Source: Negaprion brevirostris
Taxonomy: Eukaryota
Direction: 5' to 3'
DNA length: 64,000 bases
Assembly: GCA_030324005.1 (NCBI GenBank)
Contig: JARDVH010000110.1
Span: 37,512,122 to 37,576,121, forward strand
Every line of letters starts with the position of its first letter. The first letter of the stretch is position 1. The notes under the pieces were generated by a model. That model saw nothing but the letters and a program-made list of their open reading frames with translations, searched no databases and was not told the DNA's origin. The translations under genes were made by a program, and so were the position numbers. Shown here in pieces: positions 48,740-61,899 of this stretch.

Positions 48740-51650
48740 TGAGCATTATGAAGGCCATGGGGAATGATCAATAGACCTCCCTGTAGGCTTGGAATACAAG
48801 CTGCCTTATTGAACAAGTGGGAGCTCACCCAATATGAAGCAGCAAGCAGGGGTTTTTAAGCCTGTAACATTACCCGGAATGGCACTGTATGACCCAAGGT
48901 GAAGACTACTTGAATGTAAGCCATGGCAGTGGCCTTTACCTTTGGTATTGGTGACAGGAAACTAGCTTGTGCCTGAATTTCTACATTGACAATGAGAAAA
49001 ATTCCTTTTTCCCTCCATCTTTTCCTCTGGTCATCCTCTGAACATCCAGAATTACTCCGGTCAAAAAAAAGCCATCTTTCCTCTTTTCCGGGAACTTGAG
49101 CCCTATGACACCAGTCGGGAAGACTTAGTCCATTACACTGAACATGTTACTTCTTCCGTAGGGGACGGGACGGGTGGGGGGTGCGGGGGAGGAACTGTGT
49201 GAGGTTATTAGTAGATATTCTGGGGGTTTTCATGAAGGCCTGGGGAAAACGGAAGGAGCCAAGGCCAAGATCTACATTGACCCCCAACACTACACTTAGG
49301 TACTTAGAGCTAGGCCAGCCCCTTATTCCATGCTGCAGAAGATGAAAACTGAACTCAAAGGGTGCCTTGAAAGCTTGGGTATAATAAGACTGGTGCAGTT
49401 TGCAGAACAGGCCATGCCTGTAGTTGCTGTTCTTAAGCTGACAAATTAGTTTGTCTTTGCAACGATGATAACTGATGGTCATGTGTCTCCAAACTCAATA
49501 GGTACCCTATGCCTGGACTGAAGATCTGTATACCAAGCTATCAGGTGGCAAGACATTCTCCAAGTTGTACATGAGCAATGCCTGTTTCTGAAAGACGTGC
49601 TGGTTAGATTCATTGACCCAAACAGGCCACCGGACTGTGATGACTAGGGGCATTTCACAGTGACCTCATTGCAGTGTTAATGCGAGCCTTACTTGTGACT
49701 AATACATAAACTTTACTACTTCCAGCTTGCATTGGATGTGTCCTTCCAGAAATATGTGACAATCAACACATATAAGTGATCCTACCTGTTTGCCTTTCAG
49801 GGCCTCAACAGCATGTATCATCTTCCAAAGATTTATGGAGAGCATCCTTCAAGGGCTACCCAAGGCAGCAGTATACTTAGATGATGCCTTGGTCATAGGG
49901 GCTTCAAAACAGGAACGCTTGGCCAACATAGAAGAAGTCCTCTAATGATTTCCTGGGGTGTGAGTTTGCTTGAAGAGGGACAAACGTATTTTCCACGTGG
50001 CCGTAGTAACCTAATTAGGCTACTGAGTAGATGGCAAGGGGTTATACCCAGTTGAGGATAAGGTAGAGGTAATCAAGAAGGCATCAGTCTTAAGGAATAC
50101 CACAGAGTTAAAGCCTCCTTGGGATTAGTCAATTATTACTGAAAATTTATCCCAAATTTTGCTTCCATGGTAACCCCTTAAATGCCCTACTACAAAAATA
50201 ACACTGCTTATCTTGGAAAGCTTCACAAGCAGAGGATTTTTCTAAGGTTAAATGTCAGTTACTGTCATCCAACTTCCTGGCCCATTTTGACCCAAAGAAA
50301 GGGTTTATTTTAACCTGTGACACTTCCCCATACAGGGTCAATAGAATGCTGTCACACTGCTGGAAAGATGAGATGAAAAAGCCCCATCACATATGCCTCC
50401 AGGACCATGCAGATGCAGAATAATGATATTCTCAAATTGAGAAGAAAGGGTTGACAGTCGTATTTGGTGTGAAGAAGTCCTGTCTATAGTTATAGTTTTT
50501 ATAGTCACCAACCATAAATCCTTACTGGGCCTCTTCAAAGAGGACAAAGCAATTCCCCTTCCCATCTCATCCGCTCAGATACAGCATTGGGCTTTGTTAT
50601 TGATGGCCAATGAATATATTCTGAAACACTGCCCGAGGAACCAAGATAGCTAACACAATCATTCTGAATCACCTCCCGTTTGCCCATATACCTGGCTACA
50701 TTAGCAGCAGTAGAAAAGGTTATGATGACCCTAAACTGCTTGGAGACCTCGCCAGTGTCAGCAAGGCAGATTAAGGCATGGACCCAAAGTGACCCAACCT
50801 TATCCAAAATTAGGCACATGACTTTACATGGGAGATTCCAAGGATGACCCTCCAAAGAAATGAAACTCTATCTCATCAAGAAATCCAAACTTAGTGTTAA
50901 GGACAGAATAGTCCTTTGGGGGTCTCAAGTAATTTTTCCNNNNNNNNNNNNNNNNNNNNNNNNNNNNNNNNNNNNNNNNNNNNNNNNNNNNNNNNNNNNN
51001 NNNNNNNNNNNNNNNNNNNNNNNNNNNNNNNNNNNNNNNTCTTATGTTCTAAAAGGCAGAGAAGTGAGGCAGTCAAACCCTAAAGAAACACACAGATCAC
51101 CTCAGGGCCATGGAGTCCTTGCCCTAGTCTCCTCTGCCACTGGCCGTGGAGATGATCGCTGCGCATGCTAACCCTTACCTTGAAGCTGAGTCCACATAGG
51201 CCCCTCTGGATAGTGAAGAAGTGGGCCTATGTGCTGAAGCGGATCCTGATCAGAGACCTTCTTCGGTAACTCTGCAACGCTCCCTTCAAAAAAGATGCCC
51301 TATTTGTACAGCATGACCCAGCCCCACCTTCAATGGACCTCTGCCGGAGCACCAAGTGTTGAAAAGGACACCTCGCAGCGGAATGCTGGGAGAAACATGG
51401 ACCTAAGGGGGGAGGAGGGATGTTCTGACGACTACGAAACCCATGGGGGATCATCAATAGATCTACCCATGGGCTTCGTGGAATACAAACTGCTTTATTG
51501 GATGAGCACAGGCTGAAATTGCACAGGCTCACTCAATGAGAAGCAGGCAGTCGTAGTTTTTCAGCCTGTAACTTTACCTCAACCAGTGTTGTAGGTGCTG
51601 AAGCGAAGACTACCTGACTATTAGGTAAGGGAGTGGCTTTTTCCATTGGT
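48740..51650 (+). mobile_element. Decayed Ty3/Gypsy LTR retrotransposon with both LTRs
   Basis: RT MESILQGLPKAAVYLDDALVIG (VYLDD at 49871-49885) and RNase H LTCDTSPY near 50310. A polypurine tract aaggggggaggaggga precedes TG at 51421. Segments about 48740-48947 and 51421-51650 are homologous direct repeats. Confidence 0.85.
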
Positions 51651-53263
51651 GCACAATGGAGGGTATTAATTCAGTGACTGCTGCTTTGTACAAATATTTT
51701 GCAAATCTGAACATGATTGTCTGGTAATCATATCAAGCTGAACTGACAATTTGATTAATTTATCATTTCAAATGTGTCGGTATGTTTCAGAAAAATAAAA
51801 GAGTGATTTACTTCTTAACTTATATCTGTTAAGGATAAGGATTTGTAACACCTCACAAGCACACTGTTACATATTGCTATTTTGCATGAACTGATATATG
51901 ACTCAAGTGGAACTGAATGCCAGGGTCCAGATTCGTTTGTGCTGTTATAATTAACTGAGCATTTTAGGTTGTATGTCCAGTAAATTAAAACTTCTGCGTG
52001 NNNNNNNNNNNNNNNNNNNNNNNNNNNNNNNNNNNNNNNNNNNNNNNNNNNNNNNNNNNNNNNNNNNNNNNNNNNNNNNNNNNNNNNNNNNNNNNNNNNN
52101 TGTCCAGTAAATTAAAAGTTCTGCGTGTGTTAGATGTCAATGCACTTTTGAAATTACACTTTTTTTTATTAATGCATCAATGTAACTTCAAATTATAAAT
52201 GTAAATTGAGTATCGTATTTTAATCCAAGGCTCAAGCATGCTAAAGGCAAACTGTGTGAGGATCCTCGAGAAGGCACTGTCATTGCTTTGAGATTGCTTC
52301 ACATGGTTACAATATCTGACTGGTGAGAAATCATATCTGAAATGTTCCAAGGAGAGTTAACCATTNNNNNNNNNNGAAAGTCCTGAGAAATTTGCAAGGA
52401 ATGTTTTTTATTGTCAGGCGAAGCAGACATCAACTCTCCAAACATTATAAGAATTAACTGCCTGGAATACAAAACTTCTGCACATATGTCAAAGTCTGCA
52501 AGCACAATGCTTCACTGAAATTGGACTCCGGTGCCAGTCATGCTGAGATTTGTCTGCTGTATGATCAGATCATACTGCGGCACAGTTGCAAATCAAACAT
52601 TCTGCTTAGTTCAACAAACACTGGATTACAGAATCATTGAATTGTCACAGTGCATAAGGAGTCCATTCAGCCCATCATGTCTGCACCAGTTCTCTGAATG
52701 AGCAAATCAAAAGTACCATTTCATGCTCCCCCACCAAACCCTTGGTCTGGACACAGAAGCTAAAATCAGGGTGAGTAAGGGACTTTACTATGGGTTAATA
52801 TTGAAAGATTATTCCTTTTTTGGGTAAATAATAAATAAGGGATGGAGACTGAGTATTCTCACTAGACAAGCCAAGGAGCAGGGAGAAAGAAGTTTCTTGG
52901 AATTAGCGTATATAGACAGAGACTATAACATCTTTCCAATGGGAAATTAATAATAATTCCAAAAGAATGAATATTAAATGGATCTGAGGTGAATTGAATT
53001 ACAGGAGAGAGTGCTAGCACTAGTACTATGGGCTGAATGGTACCTGCAGCATACTTTTGATTAATCTTTTTAAAGTTCATTTATGGAATGGCTAGGCCAG
53101 CATTTATTTCACCCCTTGCGAAGGGAATGAATTGAGGCAGTATACCTAGACTTCCAGAGAGACAAAGAGCAATGTGTCTAAGTTTGCTGATGATATTAAG
53201 TTAGATGGGAAGGTAAGCTGTGGAGAATGACATAACGGCTGTAAAGAGATATAGACAAGTCAA

Positions 53264-55249
53264 AAGCAAATTACTGCAGATGCTGGAATCTGAAACCAAA
53301 AGAGAAAACACTGGAAAATCCCAGCAAGTCTGGCAGCATCTGTAAGGAGAGAAAGGAGCTGATGTTTTGAGTCCAGACGACCCTTTGTCAAAGCTAAAGG
53401 GAATAGAAAGTGGGAGATATTTATACTAAAGGGGAAGGGAATGAAAGATGAATCATAGCCATAGAAACCAGGGGGAAAAAAAACTGCTAATAGCTGCCCA
53501 CAGAGAAAATAAAGGGAGTGAATGGCCAATGGCAGAGAAGCTGTAAACTGTGACAGATGAAAATGTTGGGGAGGGGGAAGAAATGGGACAGAGGTAGAAT
53601 GTAGAAAAGAGGAAGTGGGAGAGAAAAGGAAAGGAAAGAGCGATGAAGTGGGGGAAAGGGTCGGGAGGAGAAAAATGAAGAAAGACAATAAAGAAATAAA
53701 AGAGAACAGTAAAAAATAAATCAGAATGAAAACGAAGGAGGCAAAAGTGGGGTAGAGCTAATTATCTGANNNNNNNNNNNNNNNNNNNNNNNNNNNNNNN
53801 NNNNNNNNNNNNNNNNNNNNNNNNNNNNNNNNNNNNNNNNNNNNNNNNNNNNNNNNNNNNNNNNNNNNNNNNNNNNNNNNNNNNNNNNNNNNNNNNNNNN
53901 NNNNNNNNNNNNNNNNNNNNNNNNNNNNNNNNNNNNNNNNNNNNNNNNNNNNNNNNNNNNNNNNNNNNNNNNNNNNNNNNNNAGCAAAGTGATCACCCAG
54001 TCTATGCTTGGTCTCTCCGATATAGAGGAGAGACCACATTGGGAGCAGTGAATGCAATACACCAAATTGAAAGAAGTGCAAGTGAAATGCTGCTTAACCT
54101 GGAATGAATGTTTTGGACCTTGGATGGTGGGCATAGAAGAGGTAAAGGGACAGGTATTACACCTTCTGCGATTGCATGGGAAAGTGCCATGAGTGACGGA
54201 GGGGTGTTGGGTACAGTGGAGGAGTGGACTAGGTTATCCTGGAGGGATTGGTCTCTGCAGAATGCTGACAGAAAGAGTGAAGGGAAGATGTGTTTTGTGG
54301 TGGCATCATACTGGAGTTGGTGAAAATGGCGGAGGATTATGCTTTGCATGCGGAGGTTGGCAGGGTGAAATTTGAGAATAAGGGGGACTCTATCCTTGTT
54401 CTGGGAGGGAGGGGAGAGAGTGAGGGCCTAGGCGTGGGAGATGGACTGCACGCTGTTGAGGGCCTGTCAACAACTGTAGATGGGAATCCACAGTTGAGGA
54501 AAAAGGAGCACATATTAGAAGCACCACTTTGGGAAATGGCATCATCAGAACAAATGTGACTGAGGCGAAGGAGCTGAGAGAAAAGAATGGAGTCCTGACA
54601 GGATATGGGGTGTGAAGAGCTGTAGTCCAGATAGCTATGGGAGTCAGTGGGCTTGTAATGGATATTGATAGATAGCCTACTGCCAGAAATGGAGACAGAA
54701 AGGTCAAGGGAGGGAAGGGAAGTATCTGAGATCAGGTGAAGGCGATGGAGGATTGGAAACTGGAAGTGAAGTTAATGAATTTTTTGAGTTCTGGACGAAA
54801 GCATGAAGCGGCACCAAAATAGTCATCAATGTACCAGTAATGGAGTTGTGGGAGGGGACCTGGGTAGGCCTGGAACAAGGAATGTCCCACATACCCCATA
54901 AAAAGACAAGTGTAGCTAGGACTCGTGCAGGTACCCATTGCTACTCCTTTGATTTGGACCAAGTGGGATGAGTTAAAGGAGAAGTTGTTGAGAGATAGAA
55001 CAAGTTCAGCCAGGTGGAGGAGAGTGGTGGTGGATGGGAATTGTTCAGCCTTCTTTTCAAGAAAGAAGCGAAGATCTCTCAGGCCATCCTGTGTGGGATG
55101 GAGGTGTAGAGAAATTGCATGCACATCCTTGGTGAATAGGCAGCAGTTAGGGCCTGCGAACTGGAAGCTGTCAATATGATGCAGGGCATCAGAGGAATCC
55201 CAGATGTAGGCGGGAAGGGAATGGACCAGGGGAGTGAGGATGAACAGAT
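53264..55249 (-). mobile_element. Penelope-like retroelement (RT plus GIY-YIG endonuclease), 5'-truncated, inserted in a CR1
   Basis: RT LSLNNFSFNSSHLVQIKGVAMGT...YWYIDDYF; GIY-YIG FTCTSFNLVYCIHCSQCG/LYIGETKHRLGDHFA. CR1 sequence flanks both sides colinearly. Confidence 0.92.
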
Positions 55250-56299
55250 CAAGTGAGTGGACAACAAGATGGCAAATGGAGAATAATGAAGGGAAGTGTC
55301 AAGTTATTCACTTTGGTTATTATGAATAAAAGTCAGAATGTTTTTTTAAAAGTTGGAAAACTTGTACATGTTGATGTTCAAAGAGATTTGGTATGCTTTC
55401 ACAAGGAATGCAGAAAGTTAGCATACAAGTGCAGCAAGCCATTAGGAGGGCAATGGTTTGGTAGAGATATTTCAGTTATTTTATCCAATAGTGATCCTTT
55501 TTTGTTGGCAGTTTGGTTTCCACCATTAGAGAGAGAGGGAGTCTTTAGTTCACACTCAGTGCACTCCTCTACAGTGGTGACACCTGGACAACATATGTTA
55601 GGCAGGAGGAAAAACTATACACTTTTGCTGTCGCAGACATATCCTTGGTATCTCTTGACAGGACAGTATCACCAACTCGGAGGTCCTGGAGTGCACAAAT
55701 TCCATCAGGATGCACTCATTGCTAAGCTGGCAACATTTGCACTGACTCAGCCACGTTCATCAGATGGCTGACAGTTATGTAGCCAAAGGCCTTCGGTGCA
55801 GTGAATCAGCCATTGGGTCACAACCTCTTAGGCGTCCATACTGTTATGCATTATAGTCGGCGTATATTATGTTGGGACAGTGTCCCTTTAAGAGTTGAGC
55901 CCACTGGTGACATCATCAGCCTGGTTCACAGGCTTTGGGTTCAGTCTTGTATTGATCACAGATTGCACAACTGTTGAATAGACCTCCCTGTTGAGTTACA
56001 ACAAACCATGAGTTTGTATGTCATTTGGTTCTGCCTGCAACCTAGTAATTTGCCTAGTACAAAACACATAACCCCACTACAAGTGAGCTATGAAGATGGT
56101 GGACATTAATAGTCTGAGAAAACTGTGGCTTCTGGAAGCTGACTGTTTGGAATGGCTTTGGAAGAGACTAGCCTAAACAAAAAGTCTCAAGAAAGAAGCC
56201 CCAGAGAAAATAGAAGCCTCCTCAGCTCACAGTCTTCCTCTGCAGTAAATGTGACAGCGTCTACTGTGTCAGGATGGGGCTCCTGAGCCACACAGGTCA

Positions 56300-57130
56300 A
56301 AGTTTTACATAGAGTTAACCATCACAGTGCAAAACACCGTCTTACCAGATGGAAGGCTGCCACCGTCCATCTGATGGGAGCTGAGATGGTTGAGGTATGT
56401 CCAATGCATGATCAGCAGATTCTGCCACATGTGCAGCAGATGATGTTTAAAAGATTGGATAGATGAGTCGTTTAGAGATTTATGCACTCCAATTCCTCAG
56501 CTTCATCGTTGCATGTTCAAGATGAAGCCTCTCAAACTGTTCACTCTTCGTGAATGTTGGCCATAAACCAGGATCTCCTATGAGTTGGTGGGGATGTTTG
56601 ATCTCTTCAGAGATGCTTTGAAGTCATCCCTATTGTATTTCCACTGTCATGCTGGGAGTGTCCTGCCACAACCACATTCTGAGTAGAGTAGAACATTTGT
56701 TTGTTATCAGGCATACAAACAGTCCCTCCCCCCAGTACAGTGGTTTTGAGTAATTCGCACCCTGCTGCTGGGAATGTTGTCTCGGGAGGGGTAGCTACTG
56801 TTTGACTGCATTTCTTGCCACTAGATTTGGAGGATTTTGCGCAGACACTGCAGCTAATACTATCCAGTGCTCTGAGGTGCTTTCTGTGTGTCGTCCAAGT
56901 CTCTGAAAAATTTAGAAGCAGAGAGGATTACTTCCTGGTAAGCCATGATCTTAATCTCAGATTTGAGATTCTGGTCCTTAAAAACACTTTTTCTTAGTTA
57001 GCCAAAGATTGAGATGACACATTGGAGGCAATGTTACATTTCATCATCTAGGTCTGGCTTCATTAAGAGGCGGCTCCCAAATTAAGGATTGTCCACATTT
57101 TCCAGGGTCTCGCCGTTGTTCTTAAAAGAT
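56300..57130 (-). mobile_element. RTE-clade LINE 3' fragment
   Basis: The minus strand reads ETLENVDN...VFLRTRISNL...SETWT...HLRALD...CLRKILQI, as in RTE ORF C-termini; frameshifted. Confidence 0.7.
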
Positions 57131-57169
57131 GGCAGAGGTGATGTGTTATAGAAGCTGATTGGGTAGAAT

Positions 57170-59300
57170 GGCAGAAGTCAGATCAGTCGGGGTTGGTTGG
57201 TGGGGGAAGTCCCAGAATTACGAGAGGGTCAGGGACAATCAACGGAATTTGAGGTAGCCCAAAAGTTTGGGGGGAGTCTGATGATTGGTGGAATAGGAGG
57301 ATTGGGATTGAGGAGGGGGTTGGAAGGTTTGGGTGATTTTGAGTGCCGGGGATTAGAAGATCAAGGGCAAGTGGAAGGGTCAGTGAGGAGTCAGAGGATC
57401 AGTGATCGAGGGGAGTTGTGGCGTCATCAGAAGGTTGAAGAGCTGGAGGGTTGGGGGTCTGAGGGTTAGAAGATTGGGGGAGAGTCAGAGGGCAGGGACG
57501 TTGGAGGTTCANNNNNNNNNNNNNNNNNNNNNNNNNNNNNNNNNNNNNNNNNNNNNNNNNNNNNNNNNNNNNNNNNNNNNNNNNNNNNNNNNNNNNNNNN
57601 NNNNNNNNNNNNNNNNNNNNNNNNNNNNNNNNNNNNNNNNNNNNNNNNNNNNNNNNNNNNNNNNNNNNNNNNNNNNNNNNNNNNNNNNNNNNNNNNNNNN
57701 NNNNNNNNNNNNNNNNNNNNNNNNNNNNNNNNNNNNNNNNNNNNNNNNNNNNNNNNNNNNNNNNNNNNNNNNNNNNNNNNNNNNNNNNNNNNNNNNNNNN
57801 NNNNNNNNNNNNNNNNNNNNNNNNNNNNNNNNNNNNNNNNNNNNNNNNNNNNNNNNNNNNNNNNNNNNNNNNNNNNNNNNNNNNNNNNNNNNNNNNNNNN
57901 NNNNNNNNNNNNNNNNNNNNNNNNNNNNNNNNNNNNNNNNNNNNNNNNNNNNNNNNNNNNNNNNNNNNNNNNNNNNNNNNNNNNNNNNNNNNNNNNNNNN
58001 NNNNNNNNNNNNNNNNNNNNNNNNNNNNNNNNNNNNNNNNNNNNNNNNNNNNNNNNNNNNNNNNNNNNNNNNNNNNNNNNNNNNNNNNNNNNNNNNNNNN
58101 NNNNNNNNNNNNNNNNNNNNNNNNNNNNNNNNNNNNNNNNNNNNNNNNNNNNNNNNNNNNNNNNNNNNNNNNNNNNNNNNNNNNNNNNNNNNNNNNNNNN
58201 NNNNNNNNNNNNNNNNNNNNNNNNNNNNNNNNNNNNNNNNNNNNNNNNNNNNNNNNNNNNNNNNNNNNNNNNNNNNNNNNNNNNNNNNNNNNNNNNNNNN
58301 NNNNNNNNNNNNNNNNNNNNNNNNNNNNNNNNNNNNNNNNNNNNNNNNNNNNNNNNNNNNNNNNNNNNNNNNNNNNNNNNNNNNNNNNNNNNNNNNNNNN
58401 NNNNNNNTCGCAGACGGCCTCTCCAGCAGAAATGGGCCCTGCCCCCGAATTTTCAGAGTGAATCCCACCAGGACACTCTGCAGTGCTCAGAGTGTTAGAG
58501 ATTCATTGTGAAAATCCCACTAATACATCAGCAGGAGTTACTCCAGTTTTCATGCAAATTCAGCGCGAGAATTTTTTTTGGGGAGAATCGTCTCCCATTG
58601 TCTTTCTCTGACTTGTGTTTCCAGGGCAACTATCCAGGTAAGTAAATTAAAACTTACCAAAGTCTCTGGGGGCGAATGTCCCCAAAATATTCTAAATGCT
58701 GAATTCGTGGGAAAAATGATGTAATTTGCGACTGTTCTTTTTCAGTGGGAGTTCAGACTCAAATCTCCCACACTCTATACAATGCTGAGGTGATTCTCCG
58801 GTCTCCAGATGATTGGAGACACAAATAGACATGGCCTGGAGTATTGTGCTCCAGGGAGTAGTTCTCCCATTCCAATCCACTAATGTTTTGGTGATTTGGG
58901 TCAGGAGACGCGCACATGCGCCACTTCGCACATACATTCCCGATGCATGTTCGTCTCCCACTGCTGGAGAGCTGGTGCAGTCAGGATCATGCAGGAAACT
59001 GACGGGAAGACCAGATAAATCATTTTAATCTACTTTCAATGTTATTTAAATGTCATAATTGGGCCTGGGACTGAATTCTCTGGGCCTGATAGCATCTCCC
59101 ACCGAGCCAGTACAAATTCACCTGGTGGATGAATTAGAGTAGCTCCCTAGTTTTGGGGAACAAGCGGGAGACACTGCTGAAGTAAAGGGAGGGCAATCGG
59201 GGCCCCCTCCCAGGTGGGCGGTGAGTGTGTGGTGCCCCCTGGGTACAGGCACCCTGGCAGTGCCAGCCTATACCCGCTGGCACTGCCCAAGCAGCAAAGN
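57170..59300. mobile_element. Two adjacent GC-rich non-autonomous DNA-transposon-like copies
   Basis: A right end ...gggagaatcgtctccc (about 58596) faces a left end gggggcgaatgtcccc (about 58667). Homologous to 62400-62601. Confidence 0.55.
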
Positions 59301-59849
59301 NNNNNNNNNNNNNNNNNNNNNNNNNNNNNNNNNNNNNNNNNNNNNNNNNNNNNNNNNNNNNNNNNNNNNNNNNNNNNNNNNNNNNNNNNNNNNNNNNNNA
59401 AGGCAGGGACCAAAGACAATGGCTCCAATCTTCCTAATATTTAGCTGGAGGAAATTTCTGCTAATCCAATGTTGGATAGGTGGTGTGACAAATCAGAGAC
59501 AGAGGGGAGAATAAGAGGGTTAGTCCTGAGATAGTGCTGAGTGTTATCAGTGTTCATGTGATTATGTTTTTGGATGATTACAGAACACGTGGTAGCCTGC
59601 AGATAAGAAATAGAAGGGAGGGTGGGTGGCAGTAAAGATAGATTGTTGGGGGACTCCAGAGCTATTGCAGGTCATTCTCTAGTTATGATTTGATGAATAA
59701 GAATCAATCATTAACATGGAAACTGAAATTTATTACAAATTATGATTTCCTTCACTGGTCACCACCATCCTTTTTCAGGGATGGGCAACAAATGCCCATG
59801 TCCCACAAAGAAAAATGAATAAATAAAAAAAACCCAATCCAATCCAATA

Positions 59850-60372
59850 ATGAAGCCCTCATCCACACTTTGGTTTGCTTACGCTGAATGTCCTTCATGC
59901 CCTCCTCACTGGCCTCGTAGGCTCTGACCTATACAAATTTCTATATATTTAGAAGTCTGTCACTTGCCCTAACGTGTGTTAAGCCCCAATTAACTATCAT
60001 CTCTGTCCTCATCAATTCCATGAGCTAGTCTGCAAACATTGACTTCAAAATCCTTGTTGTCCATATATCCCTTTACATCCTACACCACCGACATTTACAA
60101 CCTCCATCACCCTTAAATATCCATTTGCACTCCGTGCTCTTGAGTTGGACAACAATGTATCCCTGCCTCTTCCTGTTTTTTCCAGTGGTTCACCTATAAT
60201 GGTTCGATTCTCCAGATTGTTTCTTATCTTATTGCTCTCAAAACTCAAGTCCAGAAGTTCTCCAATCATGTCTCATAACTCTTCATCCAGTTCTTGTTTG
60301 ATTTTTTGAAATATTCCATTCGTTCTGTAGAATGTGTTATATTGGAGCACTTAACAAATGTAAACTACTGTT
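59850..60372 (+). mobile_element. Old L2 LINE 3' fragment
   Basis: gaagccctcatccacactttgg...gacttcaaaatccttg, homologous to 43230-43822. Confidence 0.5.
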
Positions 60373-61899
60373 TTTATATGGAATATTTCAAATAACTTCT
60401 CTTACGTGGACAACCTGCTAATGGTTAACATATAAAATACAATACAACTTTATACAGTACATGAAGATCTAAAAGTTTATTCCAAGTAACATAACAAATT
60501 TAACTTACTGCTGATGCCCTCCTTTGTAACTATTTAACAATACATTTCCCTAGACCACTGTTGTAGCTTTGATATTTAGAGAGAAGGAAAGTATTTAAGA
60601 AATAAGTTATCTCAAAAAACCACAGCAGTCAAGTAACTAATCATATTTTCCTGCTATAGTTTTTGATGACAAATAGGTTAATGTTAAATTTAGACTACCC
60701 ACTACAACCTGTCTGGCTACAGTAGAGGACAGTGAGAAAAAGCAAATCAAAAATTGTCCTGGAGGGAAAGCTGTAAGACAATATGTGTAACTCTGCTTTG
60801 CAAGACCAGCAATTAGCCTCTCCCATATGGTGGAGCTTTTCATAGTGTTTCGGAGAAAGTTGATTGATATCAAATTTATCCTACATAAAGTCTGAAAAGA
60901 CAGCCTGAATGAATGTTGCATTCCAACCTGCCAACTAGTGCATACTAAGTTCCCTCCCTAAGGAAAAGCCAACAAAATATTATTACTGGGTACACATCTT
61001 CTGAGTAATCCATAAACTTGCATTGACATTAGAAGACCTGGGGCTAGGTGCTTTGTTAAGAGATAACATGGAAGTGAACAGCTATAAAATAAGCAGAAGA
61101 GGTAAGACTTAAAAAAAAATTGGACTGGAACACATCTACTCCCAATGCATTCCTCTCGTGATTAAATTCAACACAGATAATGATGAAATGTTTGATGTAC
61201 ATGCACACATGAAACTGACAATTGAGGAAATAGTCACATTCTTGGGCTGAACAAGATTTTGTAATTTTGTCATTCTGCTCAAATTTAAGATGAGATTTAA
61301 ATACGACATCCTCTTCTTCAAACAACAGCTTACTTCAAATTCTACAAGATTGCCTGCCTCCACCCCTTTGCCCCTTACCCATGGGCTGGGTTTCATGGAA
61401 GAAGGAAAGTTGATCCCAAATAAACCAGCTTTTAAAAAGCCTGTACCACAGCGATAACACATGGGAGGTAGGCTGAACACATACAGGATCTGACTTCCAC
61501 CAGTCAGCGGACAGGAAGTCCCATCCTTGAGAGCCGCCAGCCAAACTGATTGGCCAGAAACACAAGCAGTCTCAGCAGCACCTCAGGAAGTAAGAAAACG
61601 GAAAAGTGTCAGAGAGTGTAGGAAGGAGGGCAAATGGGAGGAACAAAGGCAGGAGGAGCATCTTGCAGGGAGTGCCCTTGATACACAGGTGGCACCTGCA
61701 ATTGATTAGCAGCCCCCCACTTTCTTCAAGGCTTTTCAAAGAAGCCTTTTAAAAAGAAGACCTTTTACTCTGCCCAGTATTTAATGGCAGTGGGCAGTTA
61801 AGGACCTCAAAATACCTAGTGGCAGCCTTACCCAGCCACCATTTTACAGAGAACAGGTTCAGGCTAAGTAGAAAGGAGATGGGGCGGGGCGGGGGCGGT

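Noticed and set aside
51974-52127. 27-bp direct repeat flanking a 100-N gap
   Set aside because: Typical unmerged contig overlap.
2047-59514. Long ORFs containing X runs in the ORF track
   Set aside because: They are artefacts of reading through N gaps and carry no coding evidence.
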